Shown here in pieces: positions 18,601-26,427 of a DNA stretch of 64,000 nt. The translations under genes were made by a program, and so were the position numbers. How positions within the stretch are numbered: the stretch's first letter is position 1; the number at the start of each line of letters is the position of its first letter. A model generated the notes under the pieces. That model saw only the letters and a program-made list of their open reading frames with translations, did no database searches and was not told the origin of the DNA. Location: NCBI GenBank assembly GCA_025354985.1, contig JANXLU010000087.1:82813-146812 (forward strand), given 5' to 3'. This DNA comes from Chloroflexota bacterium. GTDB lineage: Bacteria; Chloroflexota; Anaerolineae; J036; Brachytrichaceae.

Positions 18601-18843
18601 GGCGAACAAAAGGACAGCTATAGTCTTGTCAGCCGGACGCGCCTCAATGCTGCGCTTGGCCTGTTGATAAGCGTCGTCAACAGCGCTGACACCAAACCCA
18701 CAGTTAGCGCCCGACAACTATATGGCGAGCATGCCGCAGCAGTGGATTCCCAAGTAGCCGCGTTCGAAGGGGTGCTAAAAGGTGATATTCTGGCTTTGAA
18801 CACGCTTATCGCCGCATCTCAAATTCCTGCAATTGTTCTGTAG
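15658..18843 (+). CDS. BNR/Asp-box repeat protein (sortilin/VPS10-like, GH74-like double propeller)
   Basis: At least 10 S/T-x-D-x-G-x-T-W/Y motifs (TTDAGITW, SNDAGKTW, TRDGGATW, SKDGGDTW, SDDFGTTW, STDAGKTY, SADMGHSW, SSDGGQTW, TADSGKTW, SLDDGTNW). 1061 aa. No obvious signal peptide. Confidence 0.7.
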   Translation: MLKNLMKAMPFRNLGPSRGGRVVAVAGDPSNPAVYYFGSVCGGVFKTTDAGITWLPVSDGQFKTGSVGALVVSSSDPNIVYAGMGEATIRTDVSYGDGVYKSNDAGKTWKHLGLTDTRHIGKMVVHPKNPDILYVAALGHAFGTNTERGVFRTRDGGATWQNVLFKSDHAGAIDITIDHNNPDVLYASVWQVYRNFWELSSGGPDSGLYISKDGGDTWTEITRNKGLEKLGLIGKIGVSASRAQPGRVYALIEAKDKPGMYRSDDFGTTWALVSELGDLRRRPWYYMHVDADPVEADTVYVNNLNFLKSTDAGKTYVEIPTPHGDNHAIWIDPGNNKRMIQGHDGGANVSFNGGETFSSIYNQLTGQYYHMDADNQFPYRLYATQQDNSSISVPSDSIGGAVSWADCYVAGTGESGYIAVKPDDPNIVIVGAVGSSPGGLGALQKYDHRTKQIQLINIWPQPYGAVDPSTFKYRFPWTYPILFSPHDSNTLYVCGNIAWKSADMGHSWTAISPDLTRNDPTKLKASGGPITLDTSGAEFYCNIYTFRESPHEKGVFMAGSDDGLVHTSSDGGQTWVNVTPAGLPEWAFVRTIEPSPHKAGTWYLCATKYKLDDTKPYLFKTADSGKTWQGITNGIPDSDYTRVIRADPKLDGLLFCGTETGLYVSLDDGTNWQRWDGVNGTGGKLPAMPVYDMMIKNDDLIIATHGRGFWILDDLGALRQHTLATGDSHHLFSPGPAYRIAPDITASWGDSEGKSYGLGIGVGAITSAKRDDNGVLKRTFIDCGAGRERGVILYYNLAEITVGSPKPILEIADGAGKVIRAYTTKPADWDTWDEKKKSLEAMPWLPAQPGLNRLVWNMRHQGATRVAGNKTAAEAVDGPLVVPGSYSATLKIGTQTLTATINVVADQRILETAIELQEQEQMLLDLRDKISSAHTTVNKLRDIRDQVVAWKKRAGAHAEVSAACDAVQKKFDAIEDELILPGEQKDSYSLVSRTRLNAALGLLISVVNSADTKPTVSARQLYGEHAAAVDSQVAAFEGVLKGDILALNTLIAASQIPAIVL

Positions 18844-18907
18844 TGCCTCACGACCGGCCAGATTTCACACCGTGGAATATGGTTGGATCTGAGGCTGGCG
18901 CAACATA

Positions 18908-19978
18908 TTGAAAACATATACGGCAGCAGTTATCGGTGCCGGCACGGGCGGCCAGCTAAGCATGGCCGCCCTGGCAAATTCGCCAAGCTACGAGCTTGTT
19001 GCGGTCGCGGACCTGTCTCTTGAAGCACGGGCGGCGGCCAGCGCGCGATATCCGAACATCAACGCCTTCTCAAGTTATCAGCAGTTGCTTTCGGACTGCC
19101 CGACCGACATCATATGCGTGGCAACTTGGCCGACCTCCCACCTTGAGATCGCGCATGCTGCCGTGGCCTGTGATCTGACGGGAATCCTAGTCGAAAAGCC
19201 AATGGCGGAGACCGCGGTCAACGGCAGGCAAATTCTCAACGCCGTTCAGGCACGCCGGCTGCCAGTCGCCGTGCCTCATAACCTGCTTGTCATGACCCAC
19301 ATACGTGAAATCCTTGCTCGTGTTAACAACGGTGAAATCGGCGACTTGCGGCTGGTGGAAATTGAATGCTCAGGCTGGGACATTATTAACGCCGGTATTC
19401 ACTGGCTAAATTTCGTGATCACGCTGGCAGCTGGTGACCAGCCTGTCTCGGTGTTAACTGCGATCGATAAGACAAGCCGAACATATCGCGATGGCATGCA
19501 GGTCGAAACCGAAGCAGTGACCTACGTTCAGTTTGAGTCCGGTATGCGTGTTGTCATGCACACGGGCGATTACATCCGAATTGCAGAACCCGGGCGTGAC
19601 ACGCTGTTCCGTCTCATAGGAACACAGGGATCAATTGACTTCTATGCATGGCAATCATGCTATTCCATGCAAAATGCCCAATTCCCGAACCGACAATTGA
19701 TCGATGTTTCACCCGCGGCTAGCTCTGGTCACCAGCTTCATCTCGATCGCCTTGCCGAACAGATGAGACTGGGTGTGGCAGATTACACCGTGGCGGAGTC
19801 TTCGCTGGCCGCGCTCGAGTTGTGCGAGGCTGCTTATCTTTCAGCAACACATGGCTGCGTGGTGAACCTGCCCCTTTCCGCGTTCTCGCCACCTCCAAAC
19901 GCGGATTGGCATCCAGGCAGGGCCTACTTGGGTCATGGAGGCGGTCGCGACGGACGTCGGTTGCCAAAAAAAACCTAA
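18908..19978 (+). CDS. Gfo/Idh/MocA family oxidoreductase
   Basis: TTG start. N-terminal Rossmann motif AAVIGAGTGGQ, and the family EKP motif (LVEKPMA). Confidence 0.75.
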   Translation: MKTYTAAVIGAGTGGQLSMAALANSPSYELVAVADLSLEARAAASARYPNINAFSSYQQLLSDCPTDIICVATWPTSHLEIAHAAVACDLTGILVEKPMAETAVNGRQILNAVQARRLPVAVPHNLLVMTHIREILARVNNGEIGDLRLVEIECSGWDIINAGIHWLNFVITLAAGDQPVSVLTAIDKTSRTYRDGMQVETEAVTYVQFESGMRVVMHTGDYIRIAEPGRDTLFRLIGTQGSIDFYAWQSCYSMQNAQFPNRQLIDVSPAASSGHQLHLDRLAEQMRLGVADYTVAESSLAALELCEAAYLSATHGCVVNLPLSAFSPPPNADWHPGRAYLGHGGGRDGRRLPKKT

Positions 19979-19990
19979 ACTGCAAAACCC

Positions 19991-21070
19991 ATGATTAACT
20001 TTGGCGTTGTTGGCACCGGTTGGCGGGCCGAATTCTTCCTCCGCATTGCAACCGCCTGCCCGGATAAATTTCGCGTGGTCGGAATTGTTGGGCGCAACCG
20101 GCAAAAGGCAAATGACGTTGGTCATCGATTTCGCACGACCGTCTTCGATTCGCTTGAGGATTTGGTAAAACAAGGCAAGCCCGACTTCGTGGTGTTGAGC
20201 CTGAGCCGGGGCGCCACTGTGCCAGTAATCGAGCAGTGCGCGAGGCAGAACATACCAGTATTGGTGGAAACACCACCCGCAGAAACATTGGACGATTTGT
20301 TCCAGGTGTGGGACCTTGTAAATCATGGTGCAAAAATTCAAGTTGCGGAACAGTATTGGGCGCAACCCCACCATGCGGCACGGTTGGCGCTGGTAAAACG
20401 TGGTTACCTTGGCACTGTCACACAGGCGCAAATTTCAGTGTGTCACGGGTACCACGGAATCAGCCTGATGCGTCGCTTTCTCGATGTAACGTTTGAAAAC
20501 GCAACCATCACGGCCTCGGGTTTTAGCTCTCCGATCGTCGAAGGTCCCGGACGAAACGGCCCGCCCAAAACCGCAACGGTGGTCAGCTCGAAACAGGTGA
20601 CAGCGAGGTTTGATTTCGGCGACAAACTCGGCATCTATGATTTCACCGGCGACCAATACTTCTCCTACATCCGGGGCCAGCGCGTCATGGTGCGTGGTGA
20701 TCGCGGAGAGCTTGTGGATGAGCACGCTGTCTATTTGAAAGACAGTGCAACGCCCCTGCACGTGTCACTTGCAAGACAAAGCGCCGGGCAAAACGGCAAC
20801 CTAGAAGGGAATTTCCTAAAAGGTATTGAGGCTGGCGCAGAATGGCTTTACGTCAATCCGTTGCGACCGGCGGCGCTCTCCGATGAAGAAGTGGCAATTG
20901 GCACGTGTCTATTGGCAATGTCAGACTACGCATCTGGCGGCAAACCGTTCTATAGCTTTGCCGAGGCTGCCCAGGATCGCTATCTGGATCTGCTCATGGA
21001 GCGCGCACTTGCCACCCAGCTAGCGGTTCAATCTCAAACCCAACCCTGGCACGTCGGTCTTGATCGATAA
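19991..21070 (+). CDS. Gfo/Idh/MocA family oxidoreductase
   Basis: MINFGVVGTGWRAEFF Rossmann start. Tandem to the previous paralogue. Confidence 0.65.
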   Translation: MINFGVVGTGWRAEFFLRIATACPDKFRVVGIVGRNRQKANDVGHRFRTTVFDSLEDLVKQGKPDFVVLSLSRGATVPVIEQCARQNIPVLVETPPAETLDDLFQVWDLVNHGAKIQVAEQYWAQPHHAARLALVKRGYLGTVTQAQISVCHGYHGISLMRRFLDVTFENATITASGFSSPIVEGPGRNGPPKTATVVSSKQVTARFDFGDKLGIYDFTGDQYFSYIRGQRVMVRGDRGELVDEHAVYLKDSATPLHVSLARQSAGQNGNLEGNFLKGIEAGAEWLYVNPLRPAALSDEEVAIGTCLLAMSDYASGGKPFYSFAEAAQDRYLDLLMERALATQLAVQSQTQPWHVGLDR

Positions 21071-21095
21071 CAGGCGCGACACCCGCGCGCCAACA

Positions 21096-22565
21096 TTAAT
21101 ACGCTCCACGCGCGGTCAACAAGTAGACCGGTGTCCGAAGCATGATCCGCATGTCAAGGCTGAAAGTCCAGTTTTCGATATAGTAAAGATCAAGCAACGC
21201 GGTCTCGTCAAACGCAAGCTCGCTGCGCCCGCTGATTTGTGACAGCCCGGTGATACCGGGGCGCATGGTCAGACGTGGTCGGTGCCAGTCGGCATAGGAC
21301 GCAACTTCCGGTGGTACATGCGGGCGCGGCCCAACTACACTCATGTCGCCCTTTAAAACATTCCAAAACTGCAGGAGTTCGTCAATACTCGTGCGCCGGA
21401 TAAATCGCCCAACACGCGTGGTTCGAGGATCATCCTTCATTTTAAAGAGCGGTCCATCGGCCTCATTTTGAGTCATCAGCTCCTGCTTGACTTCCTCGGC
21501 ATTGACGCGCATCGAACGCAATTTGTACATGCGAAAGTGCCGGCCATTCCTACCAACCCTGATATGCGAAAAAATTGGTGAGCCCGGAGACTCGAGACTG
21601 ATTAGCACACACATTATTGCGATGATGGGTGCGCTAATCGTCAGCATCACCAAACTCACAACGATATCCGCCACGCGTTTTATCAGCTGATCCGTGCCCG
21701 TGATCGCATGCTCACCAGATGTCAACAAAGGAATACCACCGTAGTCGTCCACGTCCATGCGAAACAGGTTTAGCTGCATCAAGGACGGCGAAACCCGCGC
21801 CACAATCTTGTGGCGGTTGCAGAGCGCCACCAATTCAAATATGCGTGATTGCGCCTGCCAGGGGAGGGTGATCACCATTTCATCAACACGTTGATTTTGC
21901 AATATTGCCGCGATGTTGTTGCAGTGACCAAGCGCGGGAAAGCGCCCAATGTCCGTGGTTCCGCGCTCGGGATCGTCATCCACAAACCCAATGCATCGCA
22001 GCCCCAATTCCGGGCGCGCAACCACGACCCGCATGACCGCCCGGCCAACTTCTCCGGCGCCGACAATCAACACATTTGCAACTCCAATTCCGTTCTTTAG
22101 TCGATTTTGACCAATCGAATCGATCACCACACGCAGCACAATGGTCAGAAATATTGCGATGCCTCCGGCCTCAACCAGCATCAATCGCGAATACACCAGA
22201 GGCCGATACACAAAGATGATCGCCTGCAGGATGATCATGGCTTTCAGGCTCGCATTAACCATTCCATACGCCTGGTCAAACCAATCAAACGTACGCCGGT
22301 CTGCATAGACATGATCAAGGCGAAACATCAGCAGAAACGTTACCGTGAAAATGATTTCGATGGGCAGATAATCCCAAAAACTCGCTTCATATCCGATCTC
22401 CGCAAACCACCGCCAAACATATCGGATGATATAGCCCAGCACAAAGCCCACGTTGATCAACAGCGCATCAGCCAGAACCAGCAACCAATGACTGACAATC
22501 GTCTGCGCAGACCGACGGGCCTGCGCAACAGACGAAGTAAGCGTTGATTGGGAAGTCATGTCCAA
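21096..22565 (-). CDS. Exopolysaccharide priming polyprenyl-phosphate hexose-1-phosphate transferase (bacterial sugar transferase, WcaJ/WbaP-like)
   Basis: Multiple N-terminal TM helices, central Rossmann region (LIVGAGEVG), and a C-terminal sugar-transferase domain with KLRSM, DELLQFWNVLKGDMSVVGPRP, PGITGLSQI. Confidence 0.85.
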   Translation of the reverse strand: MDMTSQSTLTSSVAQARRSAQTIVSHWLLVLADALLINVGFVLGYIIRYVWRWFAEIGYEASFWDYLPIEIIFTVTFLLMFRLDHVYADRRTFDWFDQAYGMVNASLKAMIILQAIIFVYRPLVYSRLMLVEAGGIAIFLTIVLRVVIDSIGQNRLKNGIGVANVLIVGAGEVGRAVMRVVVARPELGLRCIGFVDDDPERGTTDIGRFPALGHCNNIAAILQNQRVDEMVITLPWQAQSRIFELVALCNRHKIVARVSPSLMQLNLFRMDVDDYGGIPLLTSGEHAITGTDQLIKRVADIVVSLVMLTISAPIIAIMCVLISLESPGSPIFSHIRVGRNGRHFRMYKLRSMRVNAEEVKQELMTQNEADGPLFKMKDDPRTTRVGRFIRRTSIDELLQFWNVLKGDMSVVGPRPHVPPEVASYADWHRPRLTMRPGITGLSQISGRSELAFDETALLDLYYIENWTFSLDMRIMLRTPVYLLTARGAY

Positions 22566-22571
22566 TTTCTC

Positions 22572-23747
22572 TTAGTTGACGGGCGCGTCGTAAATACGAT
22601 AAGTGCGATAAACAGTGCCACCACCCAATTTGTTTACCTTGTTCATCGCGTCGTTATTTTCCAAAATCCAGCTCAGTTCGCCACCGACATATCCCTTCTG
22701 TATCGCGGTTTTGAGGGTTTCCGCGATAAGCGCGGCATCCACACCCGCGGCCCGATAATCGGGTAGTACACCAAGGAGCATAAATCGGCACGAGTTGATG
22801 GTTTTTCGCACTTTCCAATGCCATATCATTTTGATCAAAGTTATGACTTCCGGCGTCCCGGGTTTTGGATAGGCCAGCCGAAGCGGTGTGCTGACATTGG
22901 GAAGAGAAATAGAAAACCCAATGGGTTCGCCATCCTTCTCCGCAATATAAATCAGGTCATTGTCGGCAAATCCCTTCAAACCCTGCACAATGTGATTTAG
23001 TTCGTGCTCGGTCACCGGCACATGACCCCAGTTCTCAGCCCAGGCGCCGTCGTAGCTTGCCCAAATTTTGCGAATGACACCCACCTCGCGTTCCAGGTGC
23101 TTCTGAATGTCAGCCTTGCGCAATGTGAACTTCCCGCGTTTCTTGGAAATCTCGGCCACCCGCATGACTTTGTCATCGACTTTGCTTTGGCCGGGTTGGA
23201 TTGGGTTCCACCAAGCCCACAGATCCATGGCTTTCTTAAATCCATAACCATCTACCAGGCCAACGTAATAACGTGGGTTATAGGTCATGAGTGGTTGCGG
23301 TTGACCATCAAATCCATCCACAAGTAGCCCGACCTCATCATTGATGCTTACGGTCATCGGTCCGCGAAGTACCGCATCACCCTTGCCCGCCACCCAGGAT
23401 TTGGCCCGATCAAATAGCGCCCGCGCCACAGCCGGATCATCGATGCATTCAAATCCACCAAAAAAACCGGTATTTTCCTTATGCAACTCGTTATGCCGGG
23501 TATTGTGAATGGCCGCAATGGTGCCCACAATTTTGCCATCCCGACGTGCGACAAACATCTGCGCGTCACTATGCTCATAAAACGGATTTTTACTTTTATC
23601 CCAAAATGCCGTTCTTTCACTTAGCAAAGGTGGTACCCAGTACGGGTCGCCTTTGTAAATTTGCCACTGAAAATTAATAAATTCGCTGCGCTCGGCGGGT
23701 GTGGATGCGGGGGAAACAATAATTTCTGTCATTGATGTAGATATCAA
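22572..23747 (-). CDS. GNAT-like acetyltransferase-fold protein (conserved uncharacterised family)
   Basis: FINFQWQIYKGDPYWVPPLL...GFFGGFE...RGPMTVSINDEVGLLVDGFD matches by eye a widespread family usually annotated as N-acetyltransferase. Confidence 0.45.
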   Translation of the reverse strand: MISTSMTEIIVSPASTPAERSEFINFQWQIYKGDPYWVPPLLSERTAFWDKSKNPFYEHSDAQMFVARRDGKIVGTIAAIHNTRHNELHKENTGFFGGFECIDDPAVARALFDRAKSWVAGKGDAVLRGPMTVSINDEVGLLVDGFDGQPQPLMTYNPRYYVGLVDGYGFKKAMDLWAWWNPIQPGQSKVDDKVMRVAEISKKRGKFTLRKADIQKHLEREVGVIRKIWASYDGAWAENWGHVPVTEHELNHIVQGLKGFADNDLIYIAEKDGEPIGFSISLPNVSTPLRLAYPKPGTPEVITLIKMIWHWKVRKTINSCRFMLLGVLPDYRAAGVDAALIAETLKTAIQKGYVGGELSWILENNDAMNKVNKLGGGTVYRTYRIYDAPVN

Positions 23748-23762
23748 AGTTTAAGTGTAAAG

Positions 23763-25427
23763 CTAAAATCCGCCAACGGGTGTATAGGCTCCAAATGCAT
23801 CTCTCAATACGCGCCCCATTTCACCAACAGTAACCGCCCCTTCCGCGCATGCCACCAGAATGGGCATGACATTTTCATGACCGCGCGCCGCTTCGCCCAG
23901 ACGATGCATAAGTGCCAGGCATTTTTGATTGTCCCGATTTATCCGCCAGTAGGCCAGTCGCTGCCGCTGGTTTTGTTCTATTTCCGGCTTTACCCTAAAT
24001 GCCGGTATCGTCTGTGATTTGGCGCCACCCGACTCATCCACTTCATCCTGGAACTGGTTGACCCCGACCACGATTTCCGCCGCCCGCTCGACACTGCGCT
24101 GCCAGGCATAACTCGCCTCCGCGATTTGCCCTTGCATCCAGCCATTTTCAATAGCTGCCACGGCTCCGCCCATTTGATCGACGCGCTCAATTAGTTCGGT
24201 CGCACGCGTTTCTATTTCATCGGTCAAGTACTCGATCACATATGAGCCGCCAAGGGGATCGACCGTATCTGTCACGCCACTCTCGAATCCAATGATCTGC
24301 TGCGTGCGAAGGGCCGTGCGGACCGCCTCCTCAGAGGGAAGTTGTAGGGCCTCATCCATGCCGTTGGTGTGCAGACTTTGTGTGCCACCCAGCACCGCGG
24401 CCAACGCTTGTATCGTAACGCGCGCAACATTGTTCATTGGTTGCTGTGCGGTCAATGTACTGCCGCCAGTCTGCGCGTGAAAGCGCAGCATCTGACTCCG
24501 CGCGTCTTTCGAACCAAAACGATTCCGCATGATGCCGGCCCACATTCGGCGCGCCGCACGGAACTTGGCCACTTCCTCAAGAAAGTTATTGTGCGCATTA
24601 AAGAAAAACGCAAGCTGACCGGCAAACTCGTCAATCGCCAGACCGGCATCAAGAGCGCCCTGAACATACGCAATGCCGTTGGCCAGGGTAAATGCAACTT
24701 CCTGTACGGCGGTGCTTCCCGCTTCACGTATGTGATAGCCACTGATTGAAATGGTGTTCCACTGGGGCATGTTCCGTTGACAAAATGCGAACACATCCGT
24801 AACCAGGCGCATACTCTGGCGTGGCGGAAAAACATACAGACCGCGGGCGCCAAACTCCTTCAAGATATCATTTTGTACGGTGCCACGCAGTTTCGCCACA
24901 ACAACATCTGGAGGCAGTTCATTGCCGCTTAACTTTGCTTGTTCCTTGGCAACGGCTATGTAGAGCGCCAGCAGAATAGCCGCCGGCGCGTTGATCGTCA
25001 TACTTGTGCTGACGTCTGTCAACGGAATTTCCGCAAATAGCTCGCGCATATCGCCGAGCGTGCTAATGGACACTCCGACGTTTCCAACCTCGCCACGCGC
25101 GAGCTCGTCGTCCGCGTCCATCGCAAGCTGCGTCGGCAGGTCAAAGGCTACGCTCAATCCATTTTGGCCCTGCCCCAGCAGATATTTATATCGTTCGTTG
25201 CTTTCTCGAGCGGTGGCAAAGCCGGCATATTGGCGCATCGTCCATAACCGTGACCGATACATGGAGGAGTGAATGCCACGCGTAAACGGATATTGACCGG
25301 GCCAATCCGCCAAATCATCCGGTCCGTGAACGATCTGCAACGGAATGCCGGACGGCGTCCGATGGTCGGGCTTGCGTTCCTTGGGCGTGCCCAGCGTTTC
25401 GCGCTGCCAGTGTTCTCGATTAGTCAT
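23763..25427 (-). CDS. Methylmalonyl-CoA (acyl-CoA) mutase, large catalytic subunit without B12-binding domain
   Basis: 554 aa. Contains [89 protein letters not shown]. No DxHxxG cobalamin-binding domain at the C-terminus. Confidence 0.9.
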   Translation of the reverse strand: MTNREHWQRETLGTPKERKPDHRTPSGIPLQIVHGPDDLADWPGQYPFTRGIHSSMYRSRLWTMRQYAGFATARESNERYKYLLGQGQNGLSVAFDLPTQLAMDADDELARGEVGNVGVSISTLGDMRELFAEIPLTDVSTSMTINAPAAILLALYIAVAKEQAKLSGNELPPDVVVAKLRGTVQNDILKEFGARGLYVFPPRQSMRLVTDVFAFCQRNMPQWNTISISGYHIREAGSTAVQEVAFTLANGIAYVQGALDAGLAIDEFAGQLAFFFNAHNNFLEEVAKFRAARRMWAGIMRNRFGSKDARSQMLRFHAQTGGSTLTAQQPMNNVARVTIQALAAVLGGTQSLHTNGMDEALQLPSEEAVRTALRTQQIIGFESGVTDTVDPLGGSYVIEYLTDEIETRATELIERVDQMGGAVAAIENGWMQGQIAEASYAWQRSVERAAEIVVGVNQFQDEVDESGGAKSQTIPAFRVKPEIEQNQRQRLAYWRINRDNQKCLALMHRLGEAARGHENVMPILVACAEGAVTVGEMGRVLRDAFGAYTPVGGF

Positions 25428-25463
25428 TACATTTGCAAAAAGTCGGAAGCTTTGAACAATGGT

Positions 25464-26360
25464 TTACGCGCTGCGAATTTCCTTGCTCAGCGCCGCACCA
25501 CCCCGAACTGAAAGACCTGTGCGCACGCACCAATCTACAAAACCGTTACTGGTTGCCCGGTAATGCTTTGAATAAAACAACCACATAGCCCGTGTAAATT
25601 CGTATTTGGCACGAGAACTGTGCCTGCTTGCCGCACGCTTGACATGGTGAATGGTCACCGACGGCAGATAAAAGACGCGATACGGATTTGTTTGGCCCGA
25701 CACACGACATTGCTTCGCCCGCAAACACCAATCGATGTCTTCACCGTACATAAAAAAACGCTCATCAAGCAACCCGATTTCTCTGATCAACTCCCGCCGC
25801 AACATCATGCACGCACCCACGACCGCATCCACATCTGCTGGACTATTCTCATCCAAAAACGTCATGTTGTAGCGCCCAAATCTCGGACTTTTTGCGAAGA
25901 CCTTGCTTAAGCCGGTAAGTTGATACAAACTCACAGCAGGCGTGGGGAAACCGCGCCGGCATGCCTTGTCGAGCGTGCCATTAGGTAGCATAAGCTTTGG
26001 CCCAAGAATGCCAATATCCGTGTGCTGGTCGGCATAGTCCACCATTGCTCGCAATGCCCCTGCCGGCACCAAGGTGTCCGGATTTAGCAGCATGGCATAG
26101 CGTGCCTCTCCCATACTCGGAAAGCCGTGGGCGCGCAGCCCCAAATTATTACCCGCTGGATACCCATTATTCGTTTTGCTCTGGATCAGATCGACTTCCG
26201 GGAACACCTCCCTGACCAGCGCCGCGCTGTCGTCGGTTGAAGCGTTATCCACAACGCATGTAATAGAGTCCACGCCCTCCTGATCATGCAATGAAGCCAG
26301 GCAATCATGTAACAACGCGCGCGTGTTGTAGTTCAGTATCACAATCAACAGGTCATGCAT
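25464..26360 (-). CDS. Glycosyltransferase family 2
   Basis: LLIVILNYNTRALL...VVDNASTDDS...NNGYPAGNN...EDIDWCLR are the canonical GT2 (GT-A) motifs. Confidence 0.85.
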   Translation of the reverse strand: MHDLLIVILNYNTRALLHDCLASLHDQEGVDSITCVVDNASTDDSAALVREVFPEVDLIQSKTNNGYPAGNNLGLRAHGFPSMGEARYAMLLNPDTLVPAGALRAMVDYADQHTDIGILGPKLMLPNGTLDKACRRGFPTPAVSLYQLTGLSKVFAKSPRFGRYNMTFLDENSPADVDAVVGACMMLRRELIREIGLLDERFFMYGEDIDWCLRAKQCRVSGQTNPYRVFYLPSVTIHHVKRAASRHSSRAKYEFTRAMWLFYSKHYRATSNGFVDWCVRTGLSVRGGAALSKEIRSA

Positions 26361-26427
26361 TTGAATTCGTAATCATACCCGGGAAGACGGATGAAAAGGG
26401 CTTCGAATAACCATAGAATTCAAGCCA

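Noticed and set aside
26361-26427. Inverted TTGAATTC … GAATTCAA arms in the GT2 / NRPS-like divergent intergenic region as an operator
   Set aside because: The arms are 8-nt palindromic EcoRI-containing sequences about 45 nt apart. That is too short, and without a nearby regulator gene I cannot support calling it a binding site.
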